From the sequence record OR805294.1: 64,000 nt of DNA; one strand, written 5' to 3'. Made by a program: the position numbers and the translations under genes. The stretch's first letter is position 1. Every line of letters starts with the position of its first letter. Below the pieces are notes generated by a model. That model saw only the letters and a list, made by a program, of their open reading frames with translations. It was not told where the DNA came from and ran no database searches. This document shows, in pieces, positions 28,214 to 36,647 of this stretch.

Positions 28214-29888
28214 AGATTATTATCAGTCATACGCAAAAGAATTAAAAAAGAATAATAAGAAAGAATACAATCGTATTCTTTCTTTGTATGAGCCTGTATT
28301 CGATAAATGGGTTGCATTCAAGTATTACATAGAAGGAATATCGCCGCCTGTATGTAAAGAATGTGGTAATAGAATAACTGTTTCGGCAAAACAAGCAGAA
28401 TATCACACAGAATGCAAATATAATAAACACAAGTATTCATTTGATAAATTTATAAAATGCATAGATGATGACCAATACATATATTGTGTGTGGAATGGAT
28501 ATATTTCAACATCTGACAATATAACATACAGATGCACTAAACACGGCATAATTGTTCAAAAACTTAGTTCTAGACTAAAAGGTCACAAATGCCAAAAATG
28601 TTCAGCTGAGCGTAAAGTAAGTCTAGATAACTTTAATAACTGGAAAACGCAGTGTTCTAAAATACATAATAATTTTTATGATTATTCTGTATCTACTGAT
28701 TTTACATTCTTAACAAAAGATGTATCTATTAAATGTCCAATACATGGAATATTTAAACAAAGAGCAAACGTTCATCAATCGGGTCACGGTTGTAAAAAAT
28801 GCTCGTTCGAAGCCATCGGTCATAGATTATCATATGACACAGATTCTTTTATAGAAAGAAGTAATAACGTTCATAATAATTTTTATGACTATACCAAAAC
28901 TATATACACTAACATTAGAGATAAAGTTATTATAACATGTCCGATACACGGCGACTTTAATCAGATAGCATATTATCATACTGCCGGACACGGTTGTCAG
29001 AAATGCGATTTAGATAAAGTAGCAGAAACTACCTATAGATCTAAGGCAGAAATAGAAATATTTGATTTAGTTAAATCTTATTGCTCAGATACAATTCATT
29101 CATACAATAAATTCGGGTTCGAATTAGACATATATGTTCCTAGTAAAAATCTTGCAATAGAATATAATGGACTTTATTGGCATTCTTCTAAACACATAGA
29201 AACTGATCAAAAGTATAAAACATACCATCTTGATAAAACCACTACATGCGAACAAAATAATATCCAATTATTACACATTTTCGACAACGAATGGCATACT
29301 AAAAAAGATATATGGATCTCGGTGATAAAAAATAAACTAGGTTTATCTAATAAAATATATGCAAGAAAAACAGAAATTAAAGAAGTTAATTTCGATGATG
29401 CAAAGCAATTCGCCGAAACGAATCATTTGCAGGGTCATGCACAATTTCGGTATGCATACGGACTGTATTATTTAGATCAATTAGTTTCTTTATTAACAAT
29501 TGCAAAACCCAGGTTTAATAAAAATGCAAACTGGGAAATAGTAAGATTTTGTAACCTAAATAACACAAGTGTAATAGGTGGGTTTTCTAAATTATTAAAG
29601 GTAGTTTCTTGTAATTTTACAGGCAAGATAGTATCATATGCAAATAGGCGCTGGTCCGCAGGAAACGTTTATGAAAAAAACGGATTTGCCAAAACTTCAA
29701 TAATAGCTCCTGGATTTTATTATACTGACTTCAAAGATACATATAATAGATTATCTTTCTCTAAAGACAAGGCAAAAGTTAAATTAAAAAATTATAATAA
29801 TTCAGTTAGCGTAGTAGAAAATATTTACGCAAACGGATATGGCAGGATTTGGGATTCAGGAAATATTGTTTATACAAAGGATTTATAA
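28206..29888 (+). CDS. Free-standing homing endonuclease (Zn-ribbon repeats, Vsr/EDxHD-like nuclease, C-terminal Mom/GNAT-like domain)
   Basis: Three C-x2-HG...H-x2-G-x2-CxxC repeats. ELDIYVPSKNLAIEYNGLYWHS nuclease motif. Overlaps the Pol-N stop (ATGAATAA). Confidence 0.85.
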   Translation: MNKDYYQSYAKELKKNNKKEYNRILSLYEPVFDKWVAFKYYIEGISPPVCKECGNRITVSAKQAEYHTECKYNKHKYSFDKFIKCIDDDQYIYCVWNGYISTSDNITYRCTKHGIIVQKLSSRLKGHKCQKCSAERKVSLDNFNNWKTQCSKIHNNFYDYSVSTDFTFLTKDVSIKCPIHGIFKQRANVHQSGHGCKKCSFEAIGHRLSYDTDSFIERSNNVHNNFYDYTKTIYTNIRDKVIITCPIHGDFNQIAYYHTAGHGCQKCDLDKVAETTYRSKAEIEIFDLVKSYCSDTIHSYNKFGFELDIYVPSKNLAIEYNGLYWHSSKHIETDQKYKTYHLDKTTTCEQNNIQLLHIFDNEWHTKKDIWISVIKNKLGLSNKIYARKTEIKEVNFDDAKQFAETNHLQGHAQFRYAYGLYYLDQLVSLLTIAKPRFNKNANWEIVRFCNLNNTSVIGGFSKLLKVVSCNFTGKIVSYANRRWSAGNVYEKNGFAKTSIIAPGFYYTDFKDTYNRLSFSKDKAKVKLKNYNNSVSVVENIYANGYGRIWDSGNIVYTKDL

Positions 29889-30143
29889 ATGCATAATCTA
29901 ACAAAACACCTTTTAGGTGTATTTTCTGCAAAAACAGAAGACGAAGAATATAACAGTGCAAAAAGAGCGTTAGAAGAATTAAACAAAAATATAAAAGAAA
30001 GAGATCCTAATAAATTTAATGTGTCTTTAGGAAAGGTATCTAAAGTAACTAATTTAGGAAAAAAGAAACAATATGTATACGATATAGGGATGAAAAATCC
30101 CGATAATCCGTATTTCTTCGGAAATAATATATTAGTTCACAAT
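29889..30143 (+). mobile_element. Split intein C-fragment (IntC, up to 85 aa)
   Basis: Block F VYDI and block G ILVHN, followed by Ser+1 at 30144. Confidence 0.92.
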
Positions 30144-31028
30144 TCTTGCTATTTTACTGCATGGCCTGCAGTAAAAGACCTTGTAGAATCCGGCGAAATG
30201 GAATGGGATAAAGATACTGTCATTAAATTATACGACAACGTTTCGTCGCAAGTAAGTGATACATTTCCAGAATTTTTAAAACAAACATTTAATGTTCCAT
30301 ATAAAAACTCAGAAGGTGTTATTAAGTCAGGTAGGGAAATTGTAGCTACTTCCGGTCTTTTTATTAAAAAGAAACGTTATGCTGCTATGATGTATGATAA
30401 AGAAGGTACTAGATACGACGACGAAAACAGCCCAGGAAAAGTAAAAGCAATGGGTTTAGACTTACGTCGGTCAGATACGCCTAAATTTGTCCAAACATTC
30501 CTCATGGAAATTCTAGTTATGGTGCTAACACATAAAACAGAAGATGAAGTAATAGAATATATTAGAGAATTTAAAAAAGAATTTAATAAAATGAAACCGT
30601 GGGAAAAGGGAATGCCAAAAGGCGTCAACGGTATCAGTACATATGAAGATAAATTAGAAGAACACATGAATAAAAAGTTAGCAGGAAGAGAGTCTAGAAT
30701 CACTGTCCCTGGTCACGTGTCTGCTGCGATGAATTGGAATAAACTAAAGCTTATCAATAAAGACCTACATACTCCTAAAATCTCAGATGGTCAAAAATGT
30801 GTTGTTTGTTATTTAAAAGAAACCGCAGACAATCATTTTACTAGTATAGCATATCCTGTAGATGAATTGCACTTACCAGAATGGTTTACGTCTTTGCCAT
30901 TTGATGAAGATTTAATGAGAGAAAAAGTAGTAGATAACAAAGTTAAGAACCTTTTGGGTATTCTAAAATGGGATTTTAGTAAAACAGAAGAAGCTGCTGC
31001 ACACTTTGATTCGCTGTTTGGTTGGTAA
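29889..31028 (+). CDS. polB: Split intein C-fragment fused to DNA polymerase B C-terminal part
   Basis: YVYDIGM...FFGNNILVHN|SCYF, followed by Pol thumb motifs IKKKRYA, KAMGLDLRRSDTP and VPGHV. Confidence 0.95.
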   Translation: MHNLTKHLLGVFSAKTEDEEYNSAKRALEELNKNIKERDPNKFNVSLGKVSKVTNLGKKKQYVYDIGMKNPDNPYFFGNNILVHNSCYFTAWPAVKDLVESGEMEWDKDTVIKLYDNVSSQVSDTFPEFLKQTFNVPYKNSEGVIKSGREIVATSGLFIKKKRYAAMMYDKEGTRYDDENSPGKVKAMGLDLRRSDTPKFVQTFLMEILVMVLTHKTEDEVIEYIREFKKEFNKMKPWEKGMPKGVNGISTYEDKLEEHMNKKLAGRESRITVPGHVSAAMNWNKLKLINKDLHTPKISDGQKCVVCYLKETADNHFTSIAYPVDELHLPEWFTSLPFDEDLMREKVVDNKVKNLLGILKWDFSKTEEAAAHFDSLFGW

Positions 31029-31050
31029 TCAAAAACTATACTTTGTACAC

Positions 31051-31079
31051 TTGCATTATGAAAATATTTAATGTATAAT
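31051..31079 (+). promoter_or_regulatory. sigma70 promoter
   Basis: TTGCAT-17 bp-TATAAT. Confidence 0.65.
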
Positions 31080-31108
31080 TCACACACATCTTAGGAGAAT
31101 AATAAGTA

Positions 31109-31855
31109 ATGATTGTAGACAATTTAAAGGACGTAGTTCGTAACACTCACGGTTTAGGTTTTATAGATACTGTTAAAATTATCGGTTCTGTAAATGAAAC
31201 TAAATTAGAAGCTATGTCAACTAATAAAACTGTAGTTATGTACGGTTCTTTAAAAAAATCCATTCCGGGGTTAGACGATACTGTAGGTTTAAGTAGAATG
31301 TCTGTACTGAGCGGTATGTTAAATTTCCCACCATATTCGGGAGATGATGCTGAAGTTTCTATTAAGAAACAAGAACGTAACGGTGAAGAAATTCCTGCAG
31401 AAATTGTATTTTCTTCTTCGACGGGTCATAAATCGTCGTACCGGTTTATGGCACGAGATACAGTAGACGAAGTGCTAAAAGTTCCGCCGTTTAGAGGAGT
31501 TGTGTGGGATATAGTTATTCAACCTACTAAACAAGCGATGAAGGATCTTCAATATTTTAGTGCTGTATTGGGTTCTTATGAATCTAACTTTTTAGTTAAA
31601 GTAACAGACGGTGTTTTAGAATTCCACATAGGTACCGGTGCTACTAGTGACCGTACTGTTGTACCATTTGCAAAAGATGTAAAGAGCACATTACGCAATA
31701 ACTGGTCCTGGCCATTACCAGAAGTGTTAGCAATTCTAAAAAACGCAGATAGTGGCAAATGTACTATGTCTATTTCTAGCCAGGGTGCATTAATGATTGA
31801 ACTCGATACTGGGTTAATAGAAGTTCAATATATTCTTCCTGCAAAAAGTGCATAA
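31109..31855 (+). CDS. Putative DNA sliding clamp / processivity factor
   Basis: 248 aa, clamp-sized, directly after polB. Alpha/beta pattern, and the C-terminal ALMIELDTGLIEVQYILPA resembles PCNA/gp45 ends. Confidence 0.6.
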   Translation: MIVDNLKDVVRNTHGLGFIDTVKIIGSVNETKLEAMSTNKTVVMYGSLKKSIPGLDDTVGLSRMSVLSGMLNFPPYSGDDAEVSIKKQERNGEEIPAEIVFSSSTGHKSSYRFMARDTVDEVLKVPPFRGVVWDIVIQPTKQAMKDLQYFSAVLGSYESNFLVKVTDGVLEFHIGTGATSDRTVVPFAKDVKSTLRNNWSWPLPEVLAILKNADSGKCTMSISSQGALMIELDTGLIEVQYILPAKSA

Positions 31856-31858
31856 ATA

Positions 31859-32119
31859 ATGATCTTACCTGCTCGTAAATTAGTTAAATTGCAATACTAT
31901 ATTGTACAGGAATCTTACAATTCTATAGGTAGACCAATAACTACAGTTACTCTTGTATACAGAAAATATATATTTTTTACAAAGAAAGAAAAAATTATAT
32001 TCGAGCGTATTAAGAAAACAGACAATTTGTATTATAAACAAGAATCTGAAAAAGAGTTGTGTGAACAACTAAGTGTATGGGCAAAAAGAACATTAAAAAT
32101 ATATGATATAGGGCAATAA
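31859..32119 (+). CDS. Hypothetical protein
   Basis: 86-aa ORF ending in a terminator. Confidence 0.55.
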   Translation: MILPARKLVKLQYYIVQESYNSIGRPITTVTLVYRKYIFFTKKEKIIFERIKKTDNLYYKQESEKELCEQLSVWAKRTLKIYDIGQ

Positions 32120-32134
32120 TTGCCCTATATTTTT
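32106..32134 (+). terminator. Rho-independent terminator
   Basis: ATATAGGGCAA-taa-TTGCCCTATATTTTT. Confidence 0.75.
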
Positions 32135-32191
32135 CATTTATAAATGAATTAACCTAAATACATATGCACTAAAGAATAATTAAGGAATATA

Positions 32192-33814
32192 ATGAAAAAT
32201 TTATCAAACAGTCAAAAAGATTATGCGATCTATTTGCCTGCAATTAGTGGGTTTTACACAAAACAATTAGACAGTTCTATTAACGATCCGTCTACAAGAA
32301 AAATACCTAGCTTTCCTAATGGATATAATACTCTTAATTTTTTAGATCCATCTAGCGATACTTTCTTTTACGGGTATGGGTTATATTCTGCAGGCCATGC
32401 AGAACTGTCTTTATCTAGAACTGATGCAAAAGAATGGATGATCCAAGCCAGGGACAAAACACAAACAACAGTTATTGCAGATTCGGGTGGTTTCCAGGTA
32501 GCTACTGGTGTAATTAAATTAAACTGGGATGATTTTAAAGGAGCTAGCGGAGATAAAATAAGAAATGAAATTTTAAAATGGTGTGAACATACCGCCGACT
32601 GGTCGATGACACTAGATGTTCCTGCGTTTGCTGCTACTCCTCCGTACAGTTCAAAAACCGGTCTTAATAAATTTGAAGATACATTAGATTATTCTCTTCA
32701 TAATTTACATTATTACATGAAGAACAGAACTCCCGGCGCAACTAAATTCCTTAGTGTATTATCAGGATCAGATGTAGATACATCTAAAATTTGGTACGAC
32801 AACGTAAAAGCATTTAGTGACCCAGCTAAAGTAGTAGAAATGGGATATCCAGCTAGTCATACACTTGAAGGGTATGCATTTGCTGGTATAAACATGAGAA
32901 ATATGTATTGTGCTCTTTCTCGATTCTTAGATCTAATAGATGATAATATTATTTCAGATAAAAACTGGATACACTTTCTTGGATTAGGCAGGACTGATTG
33001 GGCTTGTTTCTTAACATCTATTCAGCGAAATATAAGAAAACATTATAATCCTAATATTAACATAAGTTTTGACGCGGCTTCTCCGTTTGTTTCTGTGGCA
33101 TACGGTCTTGCATATAACTATAATTATTTTAATCCCAAACGGTGGGGATATAATATGGATTCTGCCCCAGACAGCAGAGAGTTTAGTGATAAGGATATTC
33201 CTATGCCGTTTATGAGTCCTATTATGGAAAAATTATCATTAAAAGACATATGTCCATATCACAATGGTTATGGTATAATAAATGGCGTTAAAAATGCAAA
33301 CTTTACAAAAGAAGATGTAGAAACTGCTCTTAAAGAAGGAAAAGATGCAGAATACGTGCCGCCTAGCGCAAATAAAAATGGTAAAGTAGGTAAAACCAGT
33401 TGGGATTCACTTAGTTACTTATTAATAATGAATCACAATGTTTACAACCATATAGCTGCAATCCAAGAATCTAATAGATTAGTCGATATAGAACGGTTGC
33501 GAGTTAAAGTAGATTACCGAGATTGGACTAGAGATAAAAAGAAAGGTACTATAGAAGTAAGTAATCACGTCCCTAGTTCGATTTTATATTTTGACCATTT
33601 CGTAGAAGTATTGCTAGATCCGAGTACTCCTAATAAGCGACAATTACTAGAAGATTATAGACCTATGCTAGACAGCATTAGTTTCGGTAATTATAACTCA
33701 AACTCATTTAATAGTCTTTTTGATGTAGATGCTACTGCAATTGAAGATGAAAATAAGTTTGCAGACATAAACGACGAAAAACTAACTGAATTAGAACAAG
33801 GATTAGACAATTAA
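32192..33814 (+). CDS. TGT-fold transglycosylase, DpdA-like (7-deazaguanine DNA insertion candidate)
   Basis: ADSGGFQ (TGT signature), MTLDVP, IHFLGLG, ISFDAASP (catalytic-Asp region) and NHN. The CxCxxC Zn site is not evident. Confidence 0.78.
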   Translation: MKNLSNSQKDYAIYLPAISGFYTKQLDSSINDPSTRKIPSFPNGYNTLNFLDPSSDTFFYGYGLYSAGHAELSLSRTDAKEWMIQARDKTQTTVIADSGGFQVATGVIKLNWDDFKGASGDKIRNEILKWCEHTADWSMTLDVPAFAATPPYSSKTGLNKFEDTLDYSLHNLHYYMKNRTPGATKFLSVLSGSDVDTSKIWYDNVKAFSDPAKVVEMGYPASHTLEGYAFAGINMRNMYCALSRFLDLIDDNIISDKNWIHFLGLGRTDWACFLTSIQRNIRKHYNPNINISFDAASPFVSVAYGLAYNYNYFNPKRWGYNMDSAPDSREFSDKDIPMPFMSPIMEKLSLKDICPYHNGYGIINGVKNANFTKEDVETALKEGKDAEYVPPSANKNGKVGKTSWDSLSYLLIMNHNVYNHIAAIQESNRLVDIERLRVKVDYRDWTRDKKKGTIEVSNHVPSSILYFDHFVEVLLDPSTPNKRQLLEDYRPMLDSISFGNYNSNSFNSLFDVDATAIEDENKFADINDEKLTELEQGLDN

Positions 33815-34875
33815 TGAAAGTTATAATAATCCCAATCGAATCAATAGAAACTCGGTATACGTCAGAATGGAATACGTTTCTTAAACCGCAACTAGAAAAG
33901 TATATAAACGAATCCGGTCTCGATGCAGAAATAGTTCAAATCGATGTAGATTATGTTGACGAAGGCACCTCTGCGGGCGCCTTCCTTAACTTTGCAAATA
34001 CAAACATATTCAAAAGCAATCAATTCATTAAGTTAGCAAGTATAATAGAAACTTTAAACGATAACGATGTTGTTCTCTATACAGACGCATGGAATCCCAC
34101 AGTAGTTCAACTAAATTACATGCGATCGTTAATGAATAAAAAATTTAAAATAATGGGGTTGTGGCACGCCGGTTCGTATGATCCGCATGATTTTTTAGGA
34201 AGGCACTTTGATAAAAATTGGTCATATGAATTTGAAAGATCATTATATAATATATATGATGTAAATTTCTATGCAACTAATTTTAGTAAAGATCTCATGA
34301 TAGATAACCTTTTTGGTAAAACAGCTAACGTAAACAGACACGATATAGTAGGTTGGCCAATGGAATATTTAGTTGACCAACTTACGCCTTCTCCTAACAA
34401 GACAGATACTATATTATTTCCTCATCGAATTTCTCCTGAAAAACAACCAAATATATTCAAAAAATTAAGATCATTACTTCCTAACTACGAGTTTGTTTTT
34501 GCACAAGAAACTAAATTATCAAAGGCAGAATATCATACACTTCTTAAACGTTCTAAAATTGTCTTTTCGGCTTCGTTGCAGGAAACATTGGGTATAGGTT
34601 TCTACGAAGGTGCATTAGTCGGTGCAATTCCGTTATTGCCTGACCGATTGTCTTATAAAGAAATGACAGAAAATGTAAAAAACAGAAATTTATATGTATA
34701 TCCAAATGAATGGACTATTTCAGAAAATCTGGCAGACCTAAAAAATTTAGTTACCCTAATAGATTATACTATGCGTAATTATAATTTTATAGTAGAAGAA
34801 ATGAAACTTAATTTACTGCCCGAATTAAACAAATATTATAACGGAACAGAGTTGTATAAAAGAATTTTAAAATAA
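33814..34875 (+). CDS. GT-B glycosyltransferase (GT4-like)
   Basis: ILFPHRISPEKQP...SKIVFSASLQETLGIGFYEGALVGAIPLLPD (Ex7E-type motif). TAATG-coupled to the TGT-like gene. Confidence 0.85.
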   Translation: MKVIIIPIESIETRYTSEWNTFLKPQLEKYINESGLDAEIVQIDVDYVDEGTSAGAFLNFANTNIFKSNQFIKLASIIETLNDNDVVLYTDAWNPTVVQLNYMRSLMNKKFKIMGLWHAGSYDPHDFLGRHFDKNWSYEFERSLYNIYDVNFYATNFSKDLMIDNLFGKTANVNRHDIVGWPMEYLVDQLTPSPNKTDTILFPHRISPEKQPNIFKKLRSLLPNYEFVFAQETKLSKAEYHTLLKRSKIVFSASLQETLGIGFYEGALVGAIPLLPDRLSYKEMTENVKNRNLYVYPNEWTISENLADLKNLVTLIDYTMRNYNFIVEEMKLNLLPELNKYYNGTELYKRILK

Positions 34876-34959
34876 TTTCCATTTAATATTCTGCATGCAA
34901 TTTACATTTTAATACGAAAACATTATAATATTACAAAATTAAAAATAAGGATTATTTTT

Positions 34960-35337
34960 ATGGGAATTAAACGATGGATCGAAGTTCCTTTTCAAAAAGA
35001 AGGAATTCACATGTACCCGGGTGCAGATAATAACCCTGCACTAGCTACAAATGATTGGAAAGATGTATCTTTTTTAGGATATCCTCATTTTCATTATTTT
35101 TATTTTACTGTTAAAATTGAAGTTTTTCATAATGAACGAGATATCGAATTTATTCAATTTAGACGGTTCTTAGAAAGACTATATAGTGAATCTCTGCTAA
35201 AACTAGATGGTAAATCTTGTGAAACAATGGCAGAAGAATTATATGAACAAATTAACATTGTATATCCTAACAGGGACGTTGTGATTACAGTGGCAGAAGA
35301 CAATATTAATAAAGCTGTTTTAGAATTTTTCAAATAA
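34960..35337 (+). CDS. queD: QueD-like T-fold 6-carboxytetrahydropterin synthase
   Basis: EGIH...GYPHFHYFYFTVKIEV...IEF...KSCETMAEEL...ITVAED: metal-binding His triad and T-fold pattern. Confidence 0.68.
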   Translation: MGIKRWIEVPFQKEGIHMYPGADNNPALATNDWKDVSFLGYPHFHYFYFTVKIEVFHNERDIEFIQFRRFLERLYSESLLKLDGKSCETMAEELYEQINIVYPNRDVVITVAEDNINKAVLEFFK

Positions 35338-35351
35338 GCAAGGATGCTATT

Positions 35352-35612
35352 ATGTATAATAAACAACTGTCAGGAATATATACTACTACAACGATAAACT
35401 CTATGCCAGCTAGCTACTCCGGATTAACGGATCTAGGCATGTATGATACAGAACTTTCGGTATTGAGGAAAAAGATAGAACAGATAGAAAAAATGTTGTG
35501 CATGTTAGAAGTAGATAAATTACTTTCAGAAAAATATCCTGCATTAAAATCTGCATATGACGAATACGAAGTCATATTATCTATCATAAACGGTACGGAG
35601 AAAAAAGAGTAA
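35352..35612 (+). CDS. Hypothetical coiled-coil protein
   Basis: 86-aa ORF with a KYPALKSAYDEY motif. Confidence 0.6.
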   Translation: MYNKQLSGIYTTTTINSMPASYSGLTDLGMYDTELSVLRKKIEQIEKMLCMLEVDKLLSEKYPALKSAYDEYEVILSIINGTEKKE

Positions 35613-36131
35613 ATGGCAATGCGTGTCATTATTACTGGTTGTAACGGTTATGTTGGTAAAACAGTAAGCAAATACTACTATACATTAGGATATAATGTAG
35701 TGGGATTTGATTTAATTAATTCAAAAAATAGTTACATAACTAATTTTTATCAAACTAGCTATGCATCTAGTATCGCAGAAGATATAATACTCGAGTCTGA
35801 TGCAGACACGCTTATTCATTGTGCTGTAGAAAAAAGCAATACATTACAACAACATTTCTACCACAATAGTATTCAATTTATAAACTTATTATCAGTATTA
35901 AAAAATACTTCTATAAAAGAAATAATAGTATTTAGAAATAAAAGTGCAGAAAATAATGATGCCCTTTTAAAACTCTCTAATAACACTAATAAAGACTATT
36001 TAGAAGAATTTTCTAAATCGACAGGAATTAATTCAAAAATATATAATTTGTTAGATAAGAATAATGAACAACACATTATAGAATTAGTACAACCGTATTT
36101 AGAATTAAGTAAACACTTTTATATATTTTAA
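35613..36131 (+). CDS. Truncated NAD-dependent epimerase/dehydratase-like protein
   Basis: RVIITGCNGYVG (GxxGxxG), VVGFD and LIHCA motifs. Only 172 aa, and no clear YxxxK. Confidence 0.65.
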   Translation: MAMRVIITGCNGYVGKTVSKYYYTLGYNVVGFDLINSKNSYITNFYQTSYASSIAEDIILESDADTLIHCAVEKSNTLQQHFYHNSIQFINLLSVLKNTSIKEIIVFRNKSAENNDALLKLSNNTNKDYLEEFSKSTGINSKIYNLLDKNNEQHIIELVQPYLELSKHFYIF

Positions 36132-36142
36132 GGAGATATTAT

Positions 36143-36577
36143 ATGTACGATAAAAATTTTGTATCAATGGATCAAATGCCAGTTATTGTCAGTGACTTGG
36201 TTAGTGATATAGACGAAGCAGGAATTTCTCCTAAAGTTATTATTGCTATTAGCAAAGGTGGACTAATTCCTGCCACTATGATTAGCTATTATTATGATTG
36301 CCCTATTGTAACATACGATCCGGTAGAAGATTGTTTTAGTACAAATAATGATATAAGTTCTGAATGCATTATCGTAGATGATGTTATCGATACAGGCAAT
36401 ACTGTAAATTCTGTTATTTCTTTGTTAGAAGACGAATTCTTTTTTACAAAAGAAGACATTAGTAAAATTAGAGTAGCATCAATATTTGCAACAAGAAATA
36501 ATACAATTGTAGATTTTTATCATGACGAAATAAGTTACCATGATTCGGTAAGTTTTGAATTTAAACAATTTATTTAA
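36143..36577 (+). CDS. Type I phosphoribosyltransferase
   Basis: IIAISKGGLIPA and the PRPP-binding loop IIVDDVIDTGNT. Confidence 0.85.
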   Translation: MYDKNFVSMDQMPVIVSDLVSDIDEAGISPKVIIAISKGGLIPATMISYYYDCPIVTYDPVEDCFSTNNDISSECIIVDDVIDTGNTVNSVISLLEDEFFFTKEDISKIRVASIFATRNNTIVDFYHDEISYHDSVSFEFKQFI

Positions 36578-36647
36578 TATAAAGTTATTCTTTACTTTTA
36601 GTATGATTGCGTTTATAATGTATATTATAAAATAAAGCGGATTATGT

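Noticed and set aside
28206-29888. Group I intron carrying the endonuclease inside polB
   Set aside because: The ORFs abut or overlap with no non-coding room for an intron core, and the complementary intein halves already explain the architecture.
34876-36647. preQ1 riboswitch upstream of queD or queE
   Set aside because: The intergenic segments are AT-rich and lack the preQ1-I stem with its GUUC-containing loop and A-rich tail.
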